Source: Alphaproteobacteria bacterium
GTDB taxonomy: Bacteria > Pseudomonadota > Alphaproteobacteria > CAAGCB01 > CAG-977
Assembly (NCBI GenBank): GCA_900768845.1
Contig: CAAGEK010000064.1
Span: forward strand, 4,682 to 68,681
Direction: 5' to 3'
Length of the DNA stretch: 64,000 nt
A program made the translations under genes and the position numbers. The notes beneath the pieces are model-generated. The model worked only from the letters and a program-made list of their open reading frames with translations. It was not told the DNA's origin and ran no database searches. This document shows positions 43,001 to 51,349 of the stretch, one piece after another; positions within the stretch are counted from its first letter, which is position 1; each line of letters opens with the position of its first letter.

Positions 43001-44382
43001 TGTCGGGAAAAGGAAAGGTTTCCTTTGAATCGGCCGTGTTGGAAGGCGTCGATCTGTTGGCGATGGAAAACGCGTTGTCGGGCAGGGGACAGGCCGCCCG
43101 CGACCTTTTGTTGCAATCGGCGGCGACGGGGCGCACCTCTTTGGAAAAGCTTGAATTGCAATACAATGTGGCGAACGGTTCTTTCACGCTTTCCCCGTTG
43201 CATTTCGGCTATTCGGGAAAAACGTCGGCCAGAAACCACTTGATATACGATTACGGCAAACGGACGCTGAAAGGCGAACTGAGTACGGATTTGTCTTCTT
43301 TGTCGACGCCGCCCGTTTATACGGGTAAGTTGCCTTTGTTCAGGATGCAATTCGAGGGGACGACCGACGCAATGACCGTTTCCGACAATGCGCAGGAAAT
43401 CGCCCTTTTGATGCAAACCGTCGAAAACGAAGCGGCGGAACGCATAAAAGCCGAAAACGAAATGGCACGGCAAAGGGAAGAGGAAAACCGTCTTTTCCTG
43501 AAACGCCAGCTGGATCGCGAATTCGGAATGCTGGAAAATGATTTGCAAAACCGGCTGGGAGATTTGCAAAAGAAAATAGATCTTTTAACGCCGTATGAAG
43601 ACAAAGTTTATGCCGTTCAGAAACACGTCATTCTTTTAAGAAAACATTTGCAGACTCTGAAAAAGTCGGAGGAGGAAATCGCAACGGCGAAGAACGACGG
43701 GAACACGACGCGTGAAAGTCTGAAGCTGTTAAAAGAAAAACTGGAAAAAGCGTGGACGCCGTTGCAACAGGAGATTGATACGACCTTTACGACGGCTCGT
43801 CTGACCGGAATCAGGGGAAGTATTGACGACCTGATCATTCGGGCGAACGATTTGTTGAAACAGGCGGCAAAAACCAAAGCCGCGCATCCCGATCTCAAAG
43901 CGGTTTCGAGCGGTGTGGACGATATTGTCGCCGGAATAAGGGATTTGAACGCGCAAAAGGAAAAGGCTTTGAAATCCGACGACACTTCCGCGCTGACTTT
44001 GATGTTGGCGGACGCCGAAGCGATCTTCGCCAAATCGTCGGCGGCTTTTGAAATGCTCGGCGACGCGGCGAAGAAACGGGAAGCGGAGATTAAGGCCGCC
44101 GAAGAAGCCAAAAAAGCCGCCGAAGAAGCCAAAAGAAAAGCCGAAGAGGCGGCGAAGAAGGCCGCCGAGGAAGCCGAGAAAGCGGCAGAAGCCGAACGGC
44201 GCAGGACAATCGTCCGCAAGGACGGGGTCACCCGCTCGGACGATCGTCCCGCGGCGGGAACGTCTTCCGGTTCCGGAAGCGGTTCGGGCTTTAAGCTGAT
44301 TCTTGAGGAAAAGGAAACAGCTCCGTCTTCCTCTTCAACGTCGTCGTCCGGCGGCACGGGCGGGATTATCCGCCGCCGCTGA
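40015..44382 (+). CDS. giant AsmA-family protein with C-terminal coiled-coil and low-complexity tail (1455 aa)
   Basis: It has an N-terminal transmembrane segment and an AsmA domain (YFVLPTTINWEKYTQEVSAAVKNATGRSLSIQGTPVFTMRPVPVLKLGKLTMANA). About 350 C-terminal residues are predicted coiled-coil, then an A/E/K-rich repeat region (AAEEAKKAAEEAKRKAEEAAKKAAEEAEKAAEAERRR) and a Ser/Gly tail. The start is TTG at 40015 or, more likely, GTG at 40033 after a GGAGGGGG ribosome-binding site. Confidence 0.65.
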   Translation: MAEGVCVKKTLLIVFVVLVLLGGGVYFVLPTTINWEKYTQEVSAAVKNATGRSLSIQGTPVFTMRPVPVLKLGKLTMANATGASMPNMMTAEGAEIQFDAGALFRRQTKIKKVTLHSPKFFVEYLQDGTPNWQPAFLLRAPSGKGVGFESLMVKNGSALVRPDKYSDAQNWNDINAELFADSLQGPFFLEGNLAALSTTFGFSMKIEKIEAGRSPEFDLRLTNAPAEASFSFTGGYGAKDGDKDSLEGNVNFEIRQTARAAQFLSPESKSLPAGLFQPLVGNMIVKNNSANRTTEFSEVLFKYGTSSATGKFTVRRLSPEEKAALEDGRYRPAQAAGSPAKDADGEDDIMLIDPDHPETRVSLAGLPEKLNIHENSLPKIIKGDFLFSKFAADVWVKNFPALVDALSSSNGAGASGDEYDLDVAFDTVDLNRDLVRQAKVTLTDDPKGIKFAGLRASLPGNGSIEGDIVLQTDSKQPLLTGNVKISADNTAALLRWAGVDVPEEIPQNLLRSMEMSTGFKSAKTGIILENTDLALDRIKAKGGLSVRWEGRKAAAVVADVNELDFDVYFPKSREQAVKTQEEFFSTALTPSQKVRRLFDTLAFLNDRDVSVKLKTGSLSWGGVKTGALSADVSAVRGFMQIRDLSIKDFATASWEVKGGVSGFGGVPSFKNLAVNFDTKRLGDFLKTAGFAMPKELMRSDALNLAAETDGTLDLFDFGADVRMGGFRAVGTGSFQNAPDDSDFSVQLSVSHENTRNFMRLFTDKYRPALSNPGMFKGSAHVLKNDKVVQLSDMTVSIGENTFKGALKYDWSKQLPALSVQLNAQELEPFAFLPRLNFLDPAAVSISGDKKDAKDDAESNGKGFFTPLAKTYAFPKAPLDLSFLGNYNADIQVRSDKLKFDKLVLNNVDLALLLQPSLFKLDVRYAEWEGASVVSIIDIKTPQGQVPAAQWRLRLANLSGRENVFGRDGKDLSFGSMTMDMNLTSQGKTAQDMLDALSGKGKVSFESAVLEGVDLLAMENALSGRGQAARDLLLQSAATGRTSLEKLELQYNVANGSFTLSPLHFGYSGKTSARNHLIYDYGKRTLKGELSTDLSSLSTPPVYTGKLPLFRMQFEGTTDAMTVSDNAQEIALLMQTVENEAAERIKAENEMARQREEENRLFLKRQLDREFGMLENDLQNRLGDLQKKIDLLTPYEDKVYAVQKHVILLRKHLQTLKKSEEEIATAKNDGNTTRESLKLLKEKLEKAWTPLQQEIDTTFTTARLTGIRGSIDDLIIRANDLLKQAAKTKAAHPDLKAVSSGVDDIVAGIRDLNAQKEKALKSDDTSALTLMLADAEAIFAKSSAAFEMLGDAAKKREAEIKAAEEAKKAAEEAKRKAEEAAKKAAEEAEKAAEAERRRTIVRKDGVTRSDDRPAAGTSSGSGSGSGFKLILEEKETAPSSSSTSSSGGTGGIIRRR

Positions 44383-44554
44383 TGCGGGTTCGCGGCGGTT
44401 GCAGGAATTTTTTCCCTTTCCGCCGTTTTTCCGTATCTTGAACGGGCGACCGTAACGTCCGCTTGAAAAAAACGGCCGGCTGCGGCAGGGGATGAAAACG
44501 GCGCGTCCCGGGCTTTTCGGGATTTCCCGCCGTTTGTTGAACGGAGGACGGATA

Positions 44555-46132
44555 ATGCGTCACTATCTTTTCGGGGTTGTTTTATTGGTTTCGGCCTGTG
44601 CCGCCGCCGATCCGTTTTCTTTGTCGATTGTTCATACAAACGATATTCACGCTCATATTTTGCCGTTTGACAAAGACGGAAAGGAATGTAAATCCGAAGA
44701 TGCGCACTGTTCGGGCGGTATGGCGGCAATCGCCGGTGCGATTTCCATGCAACGTGAAAAAGATCCCGATACGTTGGTGTTGGATGCGGGGGATCGTTTT
44801 ACGGGAACGTTGTTCTATACGTTGCACAAAGGCCGCGATATTTCCATGCTGATGAATGAAGCAGGATATTCCGCGATGACCTTGGGAAATCATGATTTCG
44901 ACGGGGGAACGGAAGAGCTGGAGCGTTTCATCCGCTCGTCGTCGGCTCCGGTTGTTGCGGCGAATGTTTCATTTCCTGAAAATCCGGCTTTGCAAGAATT
45001 GGTGAAACCGTATGTCTTTTTGAATGTCAAAGGAAAAAAAGTCGCCGTTATCGGGCTTGTCACGCCGGACACGGCTTTCATGTCGGCGGGGGCTTCACAG
45101 GCCGTTTTCCTGCCCGTTCGCGAAACGCTCGCCGCCCGATTGAAGGACGTAAAGGATGAAGGGGCGGACGTCGTCATTCTTTTAAGCCATTTGGGGTTGG
45201 AAGAAGACAGGGATATCGCGGCAACGACGGACGGAATAGACATTATTGCCGGCGGACATTCCCATTCCCTGCTGACGAACGGGAACGACGAAAACAAATC
45301 GGGCGGCTATCCCGCCGTTGTCAAATCGCCGGACGGGTCGGACGTGCTTATCGTGACGGCGGGGGAATACGGCCGGCATATCGGCATTTTGACGGCTTCG
45401 TTCGATAAGGACGGAGGGATTGTTTCCTATGAAGGGGACGCCATACGGACGGATGCTTCCGTTCCGCCGGACAAGGACGCTTTGCGCTTGGTTCAATCGT
45501 ATGCGTCGGAAATCGCTTTGACAAAGGACAGACTTATTACCGTATTTCAGACTCCATTGCTTTTAGGAAAGGACGGTATGTGTATGGAAGAATGCGTCGC
45601 GGGTGAATTTACGGCGGATACGTTGCTGGCGGCGTTTCCCGATGCCTGCGGGGCGATGCTGAACGGCGGGGCTTTGCGCCGTTCCGTCCCCGCCGGAAAA
45701 GTGACGTTCGGCGATGTCGCCGAGCTGTTCCCGTTTGACAGTTCGGTCGGAACGGCCGTCATGTCCGGATCGGAAATCCGCAGAATGTTGGAACACGGCA
45801 TAAGCCGCTTCGCCGACGCCGGAGACGGAGGCAGGGCGTTTCTTCAAACGGCGGGGATTTCCTATTCTTTCGATCCGTCCGCCAAGCCTTTTCGCCGCGT
45901 TTTCGATGTGAAGGTCAAGGAAAACGGCGAATACGTTCCGATAAAGGACGAAAAGAAATATAAAATCGTCATGCTTGATTTTATCGCTCGCGGCGGCGAC
46001 GGTTTTTCTCCCGTCCGCCGTTTCGTTCCCACAGACAGAAAAGCGGCGGACGTTTTGATGGAAATTTGGCGGAAGGAACGCTCTTTTTCTCCCCGACCGG
46101 AAGGCAGAATATTAAAACGGGCGGCTGATTAG
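44555..46132 (+). CDS. bifunctional metallophosphatase/5'-nucleotidase (UshA-like) lipoprotein
   Basis: A lipobox (LLVSAC) and calcineurin-like metallophosphatase motifs (VHTNDIHAH, GDRFTG, GNHDFD) are present. The ATG at 44555 follows a GGAGGA ribosome-binding site. Confidence 0.75.
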   Translation: MRHYLFGVVLLVSACAAADPFSLSIVHTNDIHAHILPFDKDGKECKSEDAHCSGGMAAIAGAISMQREKDPDTLVLDAGDRFTGTLFYTLHKGRDISMLMNEAGYSAMTLGNHDFDGGTEELERFIRSSSAPVVAANVSFPENPALQELVKPYVFLNVKGKKVAVIGLVTPDTAFMSAGASQAVFLPVRETLAARLKDVKDEGADVVILLSHLGLEEDRDIAATTDGIDIIAGGHSHSLLTNGNDENKSGGYPAVVKSPDGSDVLIVTAGEYGRHIGILTASFDKDGGIVSYEGDAIRTDASVPPDKDALRLVQSYASEIALTKDRLITVFQTPLLLGKDGMCMEECVAGEFTADTLLAAFPDACGAMLNGGALRRSVPAGKVTFGDVAELFPFDSSVGTAVMSGSEIRRMLEHGISRFADAGDGGRAFLQTAGISYSFDPSAKPFRRVFDVKVKENGEYVPIKDEKKYKIVMLDFIARGGDGFSPVRRFVPTDRKAADVLMEIWRKERSFSPRPEGRILKRAAD

Positions 46133-46194
46133 TATTTTATTAGCTTTTATTTTTTATCCTTTTACACGAAATATGTACGAACGGGAATGGTCGG

Positions 46195-46797
46195 ATGAAA
46201 AAATCGTTTAAAGGACGGGTGTTTGCCTGCATAACGTTTTCCATGTTGTTCGGATGTGTATCCGCAAACGCCGTCAAGGAAAAAGAGGAGGGCTCTTTGG
46301 AAATTCCTTCCTCCGTTCAACCGGAGCCGGCGGCGGAGATTCCCGTTGAATCTCCGAAAGCTCCCGAACCCGAAGGCATATCGGATGACGATTTGAAACG
46401 GGCGATACAAAACGCCGTGAGGGATTTGATGCGTTCCGGCGTCTTGGACAATCCGAACGGCGACCGTTATGTTGTCACCGTGTCGCGCATCGTGAATTTA
46501 AGCAAGGCTGAAATCGACATTCCTCTGGCCGTCAAAAGGTTGAGTTCCAATCTGGCGACCGGTAAAAAAGTCAAGGTTACTTACGGAAATCCGGCGGCGG
46601 GCAACGGTGCGAAAAGCTCCGTTCATCCGGAAATCAACGTTTCGGCGCGTATCACCCAAAGAACCGCTCATGTACGCAGCGGCAAACGGATCGAGTATTA
46701 TTTGCACCTGAATTTGACGGAAATCAAAAGCGGCATCGGGTTATGGGAAAACTCGACGCCGGTTTTGAAACGCCGTAAGAAATCTATTGGAAAGTGA
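46195..46797 (+). CDS. putative lipoprotein (LpoB/COG3417-like), 200 aa
   Basis: A signal peptide with lipobox LFGC, a Pro/Glu-rich linker and a small globular C-terminal domain are present. The family assignment is tentative. Confidence 0.35.
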   Translation: MKKSFKGRVFACITFSMLFGCVSANAVKEKEEGSLEIPSSVQPEPAAEIPVESPKAPEPEGISDDDLKRAIQNAVRDLMRSGVLDNPNGDRYVVTVSRIVNLSKAEIDIPLAVKRLSSNLATGKKVKVTYGNPAAGNGAKSSVHPEINVSARITQRTAHVRSGKRIEYYLHLNLTEIKSGIGLWENSTPVLKRRKKSIGK

Positions 46798-47368
46798 AAG
46801 TGACGTTAGTGGCATTTTTTCCACACTGTGCGGCCGCTTCCGAGGAAGCGAAAGGCAGATGTTGCGCTATGTCATATTCCGTTCCCTGAGGCGGATATGT
46901 GCGGGCGGCATGGTTTCCGATCTTGATGGATAACAGGTTTTGCACGGGAATATCCATTGTCGCGACGGCGACACAGGCCGCTCCGGGAAGATTGGTGTAA
47001 GTAAAGCTGTATGTCGCCGGATTATTGCCGTTCGCGGCCGAAACCGAGTACGTCAATTCGCCTCCGAACGGATTGGAAGAGGTTTTGTTCGTGGAATTAT
47101 AATACTCGTCGTCGATAAACTTCAAGTTATGCAACTGTTCCGCCGACAAATTGGGATAGTCGCGGAAAGAAGCAAAATAGCCCGTCAGGCTTTTCATCAA
47201 ACCTTGAGCATGCGTAACGATTTTGGATGTTTTGAAACGTGTCATTATTCCTTGATAACCGACCAACATTCCGATAGCCATCATCCCGATCACCGCCAGC
47301 ACGCCCATAATCTCCACCATTGACGCGCCGCGCTGTCCCTCGGTTTTGTGATTTTTGGAAACAAACAT
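46784..47368 (-). CDS. type IV pilin/pseudopilin-like protein (prepilin-type N-terminal methylation domain)
   Basis: The prepilin leader ends in G|ASMVEIMGVLAVIGMMAIGML, with Glu at +5 and a hydrophobic helix. A C-terminal Cys pair is present (GAAC...AAAQCG). The ATG at 47368 follows a GAAAGGAAGG ribosome-binding site. Confidence 0.6.
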   Translation of the reverse strand: MFVSKNHKTEGQRGASMVEIMGVLAVIGMMAIGMLVGYQGIMTRFKTSKIVTHAQGLMKSLTGYFASFRDYPNLSAEQLHNLKFIDDEYYNSTNKTSSNPFGGELTYSVSAANGNNPATYSFTYTNLPGAACVAVATMDIPVQNLLSIKIGNHAARTYPPQGTEYDIAQHLPFASSEAAAQCGKNATNVTFTFQ

Positions 47369-47382
47369 GACATTCCTTCCTT

Positions 47383-47610
47383 TCAAATCAAAATATTGAC
47401 GTATGTCCCGCGTGGAGCATTCAGATTGTAGCGTTTTCCGCTTATTTCAACAAACGTGCCTTCATCGTTCAAAAAAGGGACTTCCCTGCGATAAGAGGGG
47501 GATACGGTTTGTTTTTCCGTGTTTTTTGCAAAATCCGCCCGTTTCGACGATGCGGCGACACGTCCGGCGTCAAGATTGATACCCCTGTTTGTAAAAGAAA
47601 CGTTGCTCAC
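47383..47610 (-). CDS. small hypothetical ORF upstream of the pilin gene (75 aa, GTG start)
   Basis: This is an ORF only, with an AAGGGG ribosome-binding site; it has no recognisable family and may be non-coding leader sequence. Confidence 0.2.
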   Translation of the reverse strand: MSNVSFTNRGINLDAGRVAASSKRADFAKNTEKQTVSPSYRREVPFLNDEGTFVEISGKRYNLNAPRGTYVNILI

Positions 47611-47705
47611 GTCCGCCCCTTATTGTGTTTGATAAACCTTGTTTTAACCTAATTAGTATAAAAGCAAAAATATAAAAAGTCCATCAGCAAGGAGCCATAT
47701 TTGCC

Positions 47706-48329
47706 GTGAATGAAGCGTTGTTTTTGTCAAAAGCCGCGATTACCCGAATGTGCCACGATTTGGCCGGCGTTGTCGGAGCCGTGACGAACGGGTTGGAATT
47801 GCTGGGTGAAGAAGAGCGAATCGATCCGGAAACATTTGATTTGGTAAAGGGAAACGCATCCGTTTTGTTTGCGCGCACGGTTTTTTTTCGGGCGGCTTTC
47901 GGCAATGAAGGCCCTTTGACCGGAGCCGAAGCCGCCGAACGGATTTTAAAGGGGTATTTGAGTTCTTTGGAAAACAGGGCGGCGCGTTATTCATGCGAAT
48001 GGCACGTCGATTCGGGATTGCCGTTGTTTTCTTTCCGTTTGATTTTGCTGGCGGCGCAACTCGTGGCGGAACGTATGATCAAAGGCGGGGTTTTGAGCGT
48101 TACGGCAAAAGCCGGTGAAAACAAAATTTCCGTTTGCGGCGAAGGCGAAAGAATTTTAGCATTGTCCGGCGGCGATTCGTTCCTGTCCTATACCGAAGGC
48201 GATTATACGTCCAAAGACGTCGCCCGCGTTTTTTTGGCGGAGCATTTGCGCGGTTTGGGATGGACGGCCGTGTGTGACACGCCGCGGGAAGGGGTTTTCG
48301 GTTTGATTTTGACAGGGTCGGAAGTATGA
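47706..48329 (+). CDS. chpT: ChpT-family histidine phosphotransferase
   Basis: ITRMCHDLAGVVGAVTNGLELL and FFRAAFGNEG align with the phospho-His region of Caulobacter ChpT (LAARLCHDFISP...GLDLL; FTRVAFGASA). A GTG start follows AAGGAG. Confidence 0.7.
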   Translation: MNEALFLSKAAITRMCHDLAGVVGAVTNGLELLGEEERIDPETFDLVKGNASVLFARTVFFRAAFGNEGPLTGAEAAERILKGYLSSLENRAARYSCEWHVDSGLPLFSFRLILLAAQLVAERMIKGGVLSVTAKAGENKISVCGEGERILALSGGDSFLSYTEGDYTSKDVARVFLAEHLRGLGWTAVCDTPREGVFGLILTGSEV

Positions 48330-48351
48330 CGGCGCGAAAAGGGGGCTCCGA

Positions 48352-51210
48352 ATGCCTGATTTAATGAAAGAATTTTTGGACAGGGCGGATTTTGAGCTGA
48401 CGTCATTGGACGACCGTCTGCCGCGTTTGGAACGCAATCCGTCCGATCAGGAAATATGGGATGCGTTGGAAAGCTTTTTGGCATTTGTCCGCGACTGCTC
48501 GCCGTTTTTGGAAATGGAACGCTGTTCCGCTTTGTCCGAAGCGGCCTTGGACGAATTGTGCGCGTACAGGGAAGGACGCTTGGGACTGAAAATCCTGCCC
48601 GACGTTTTAATGAAGTTCCGGCGGCTGAAAAAGATTATTTCTTCCGTTGCCAAACTGGGGCGGGAACCGCGTGAAAGCGATGACGATTTGTTGCCCGTTC
48701 CCGTCGAAGCGGAACCGGTGCCCGACCAAATGGCGGAAAAAAGCGGGGCTTGGGTGGATTCCCTGCGCGAAGAGGCTGAAGCCTTGAACTCGAAGGAGCG
48801 CGAAATCGCGGCTCAGGAAAGCGCGTTGGACACTCGGGAGGAAGAGCTGGTCGTTTGGGCGCAAAGTCTGTCCGAACAGGACGCCTTTTTAAAAGCCAGA
48901 GAAAACAAGCTGTTTGAAAACGAACAAAAATACCACGTTTCTGAAAGTACCCTGCAAGAGGAGTACGCTCGAATTCAGGAATATGAAAAGCATTTGGACG
49001 AACGGCGCGACGAACAGGAACATCAGGATAAGATTTTGAAACTTCGCGCCGCCGAAGCGGAACAGGCTTTCGCCGATTTGGAGGAACGGTCGCGGGAAAA
49101 TCAAAAAGGGTTGGCCGTCCTGAGGGAAAGGGAGCAGTTGTTGGCCAAGCGTGAAAACGAATTGCACGCTTTGGAAGAGGAACTGGTACAGTCCCAGATG
49201 GAATTGCACCGCGACCGCGATGATTTGAAAGCCGTCGAAGAAGAATACGAAATGCAACATTCTTTGTTGAAAGACAAGGAAAGGTTGTTAAAGGAGCAGA
49301 ATGTCGAGCTGTCGAAAATGAAAGAGGATCTGGCGGCGAAGCTGGCTTCGGACGAGCATATCGAAACAGAGTTGCGTCTGGTGATCCAGCAACAGAAGCA
49401 AAAGATCGTCGAAGTCGAAGAAAAGCTCAGCCTGTCGGAATTCAAACTTCAAAACACGGAAAAGGAGTTGTTCCAAACTCAAAAGGAAAATCTGGCGTTA
49501 AAACACGAAAGCGACGATTTGAAACTGACGGCGACGGATACGGGACGCGAGTTGGAGCGCATCAGATCCGAACAGCGCGATTTCATAGAACAGCACCGGT
49601 TGTTAAACGATGAAAACGTTGAATTGCAACAAGAGTTGGCGCGCAGAAAGGCCGCCATTGACAGAGAGAGGGAAGAGCTGAAACGCCGCACGGCGACATT
49701 CGACCGGATGAAAGAAGAACTCGAAGCCGTCGGCTGGCCGTTTAACGCCGACGGATTGCGCGACGGGCTGGCCGATTTGGCGAAATCTCAGGCGGCCATT
49801 CAGAATTTGTTGAAAAATTCTTATAACGTTCAAAAACTTGCGTCGTTCAAGAATATAAACGAAGCGTTTTTGGTCTTTAAAAAACACGTTGCCGATTTGC
49901 GTTCGCGTTCTTTGCGCGGCATATACGATTTTGTGCGTCAGACGGCTGAACAAAAATCGGAAAAATACCGCCGTGCGTATGAAATCGATTGGGAGCTTCC
50001 CGAAAGCTTTCCCGTCGCCGATCTTCAGGCGGATTCGGCTTTGCGCGGCATTTTGTCGCATTTGATCGACAATGCGTTCAAGTATGCCGTTTTGGCGGCG
50101 GGGTTGCCTTTGCTCCGGTTGTTTTTCTCCGTCCGTACCGACGGGGCGTTTTTGAATTTCTATTTTGCCGACAACGGATCCAAATTTTCCGTGAATGCTT
50201 TGCGCGAAGAAATCGTCAATACGGGTGTTTTGGGAAAGGCCGAAGTTTACGGCCTGTCCGATGACGAAGCGTTACAATATTTGTTTCATCCGCGCATATT
50301 GCACGCCCGTTCGGACAAACGCGGACTGTTGGCGGCTCATGCGGCTTTGGCCGTTTGCGGCGGCCGGATCAAAGCCGTGGCCGACAACGGTTTCGGCATA
50401 TATTTTTCAATGCCGGTGTCGTATTTGTTCGGTCGGGTTTTGGGATTTAAAATCGGCCGGTGCAAATTGTTGCTGCCTTTGGGGGCGGTGATTAAAACTC
50501 TGGCCGTTTCGTCCGACAGCGATTCGTTTTGCGAGCAAAACGGGGCGGCGTTCTTTTCTTGGAACGGCGGCTTGATTCCCGTTTTGGATTTTCCTCCCGC
50601 ATCGTCGGATAAATCGGAATACGTCATCATTTTGCAAGCCGGAGCCTTTTATGTCGCTCTGAAAGCCGATCAGGTTTGGGACACGCAGGAAATCGCTTCA
50701 ATGCATCCGGAAAAATCGGACAAGGAAACGCCGTTTTTGTTGCCGTGCGTTACATTGGAAAGCGGAGCCGAATATTCGTTTTTGGATGTGGCCCGGCTGT
50801 TGCACGCCCAAGCACCTCTTCTGACGGAATATGCGGAGGACAAAGAACCGGAGCCCGCCCCGTCCAAGTTGCGTTCTTATTTGATTTTCAAATCCGCGCC
50901 TCATACGTTCGGGGCGGTGCGTATCGGCGATGTGAAATCCATCGAGGATTTTTCCGGACCGAAAAAGGATTTGGAAACGAATATGCATATTTTTGAAACG
51001 GGAGGAAAGAGTTTGCCTTTGCGGGACGCCGCACCTCAGGGACGGTTCGCTTTTTCAAAAACAGTGCTGGTTTTGGAAGGGGCGGCTTTGGCCATTCAGG
51101 AAGTGACGGATATTTTGGACATTCCCGTGTCGGAAGATGACGAAAACGTCGAGTTCGTCGTTTACAAGGGGGCGCAAGTCCCCGTTTTCCCCCAAGAGGA
51201 TAAGCCGTAA
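48352..51210 (+). CDS. CheA-like multidomain protein (Hpt-like N-domain without His, about 450-aa coiled-coil, degenerate HATPase_c, two CheW-like domains)
   Basis: The N-terminal roughly 100 aa are Hpt-like helical but contain no histidine. A long heptad-rich coiled coil follows. Residues around 600 onward carry LRGILSHLIDNAFKYA (N-box-like) and FADNGSKF (G1-like), but G2 is poor. The C-terminus has two CheW-like modules (GRVLGFKIGRCKLLLPLGAVIKTL; YLIFKSAPHTFGAVRIGDVKSIEDF). Confidence 0.5.
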   Translation: MPDLMKEFLDRADFELTSLDDRLPRLERNPSDQEIWDALESFLAFVRDCSPFLEMERCSALSEAALDELCAYREGRLGLKILPDVLMKFRRLKKIISSVAKLGREPRESDDDLLPVPVEAEPVPDQMAEKSGAWVDSLREEAEALNSKEREIAAQESALDTREEELVVWAQSLSEQDAFLKARENKLFENEQKYHVSESTLQEEYARIQEYEKHLDERRDEQEHQDKILKLRAAEAEQAFADLEERSRENQKGLAVLREREQLLAKRENELHALEEELVQSQMELHRDRDDLKAVEEEYEMQHSLLKDKERLLKEQNVELSKMKEDLAAKLASDEHIETELRLVIQQQKQKIVEVEEKLSLSEFKLQNTEKELFQTQKENLALKHESDDLKLTATDTGRELERIRSEQRDFIEQHRLLNDENVELQQELARRKAAIDREREELKRRTATFDRMKEELEAVGWPFNADGLRDGLADLAKSQAAIQNLLKNSYNVQKLASFKNINEAFLVFKKHVADLRSRSLRGIYDFVRQTAEQKSEKYRRAYEIDWELPESFPVADLQADSALRGILSHLIDNAFKYAVLAAGLPLLRLFFSVRTDGAFLNFYFADNGSKFSVNALREEIVNTGVLGKAEVYGLSDDEALQYLFHPRILHARSDKRGLLAAHAALAVCGGRIKAVADNGFGIYFSMPVSYLFGRVLGFKIGRCKLLLPLGAVIKTLAVSSDSDSFCEQNGAAFFSWNGGLIPVLDFPPASSDKSEYVIILQAGAFYVALKADQVWDTQEIASMHPEKSDKETPFLLPCVTLESGAEYSFLDVARLLHAQAPLLTEYAEDKEPEPAPSKLRSYLIFKSAPHTFGAVRIGDVKSIEDFSGPKKDLETNMHIFETGGKSLPLRDAAPQGRFAFSKTVLVLEGAALAIQEVTDILDIPVSEDDENVEFVVYKGAQVPVFPQEDKP

Positions 51211-51349
51211 CAAGCAGGACGGACGGGAAAAAGCGGCTTCCCCGCCGGATATCAAGCCGTTCAACAAGGTAAGCCGTAACGGAACCGGAGGGGAAAGCGG
51301 CGGACGGACTGTGAAACGGTTGCGGGGCGGTTTCCTGTCAAAGCACCGT

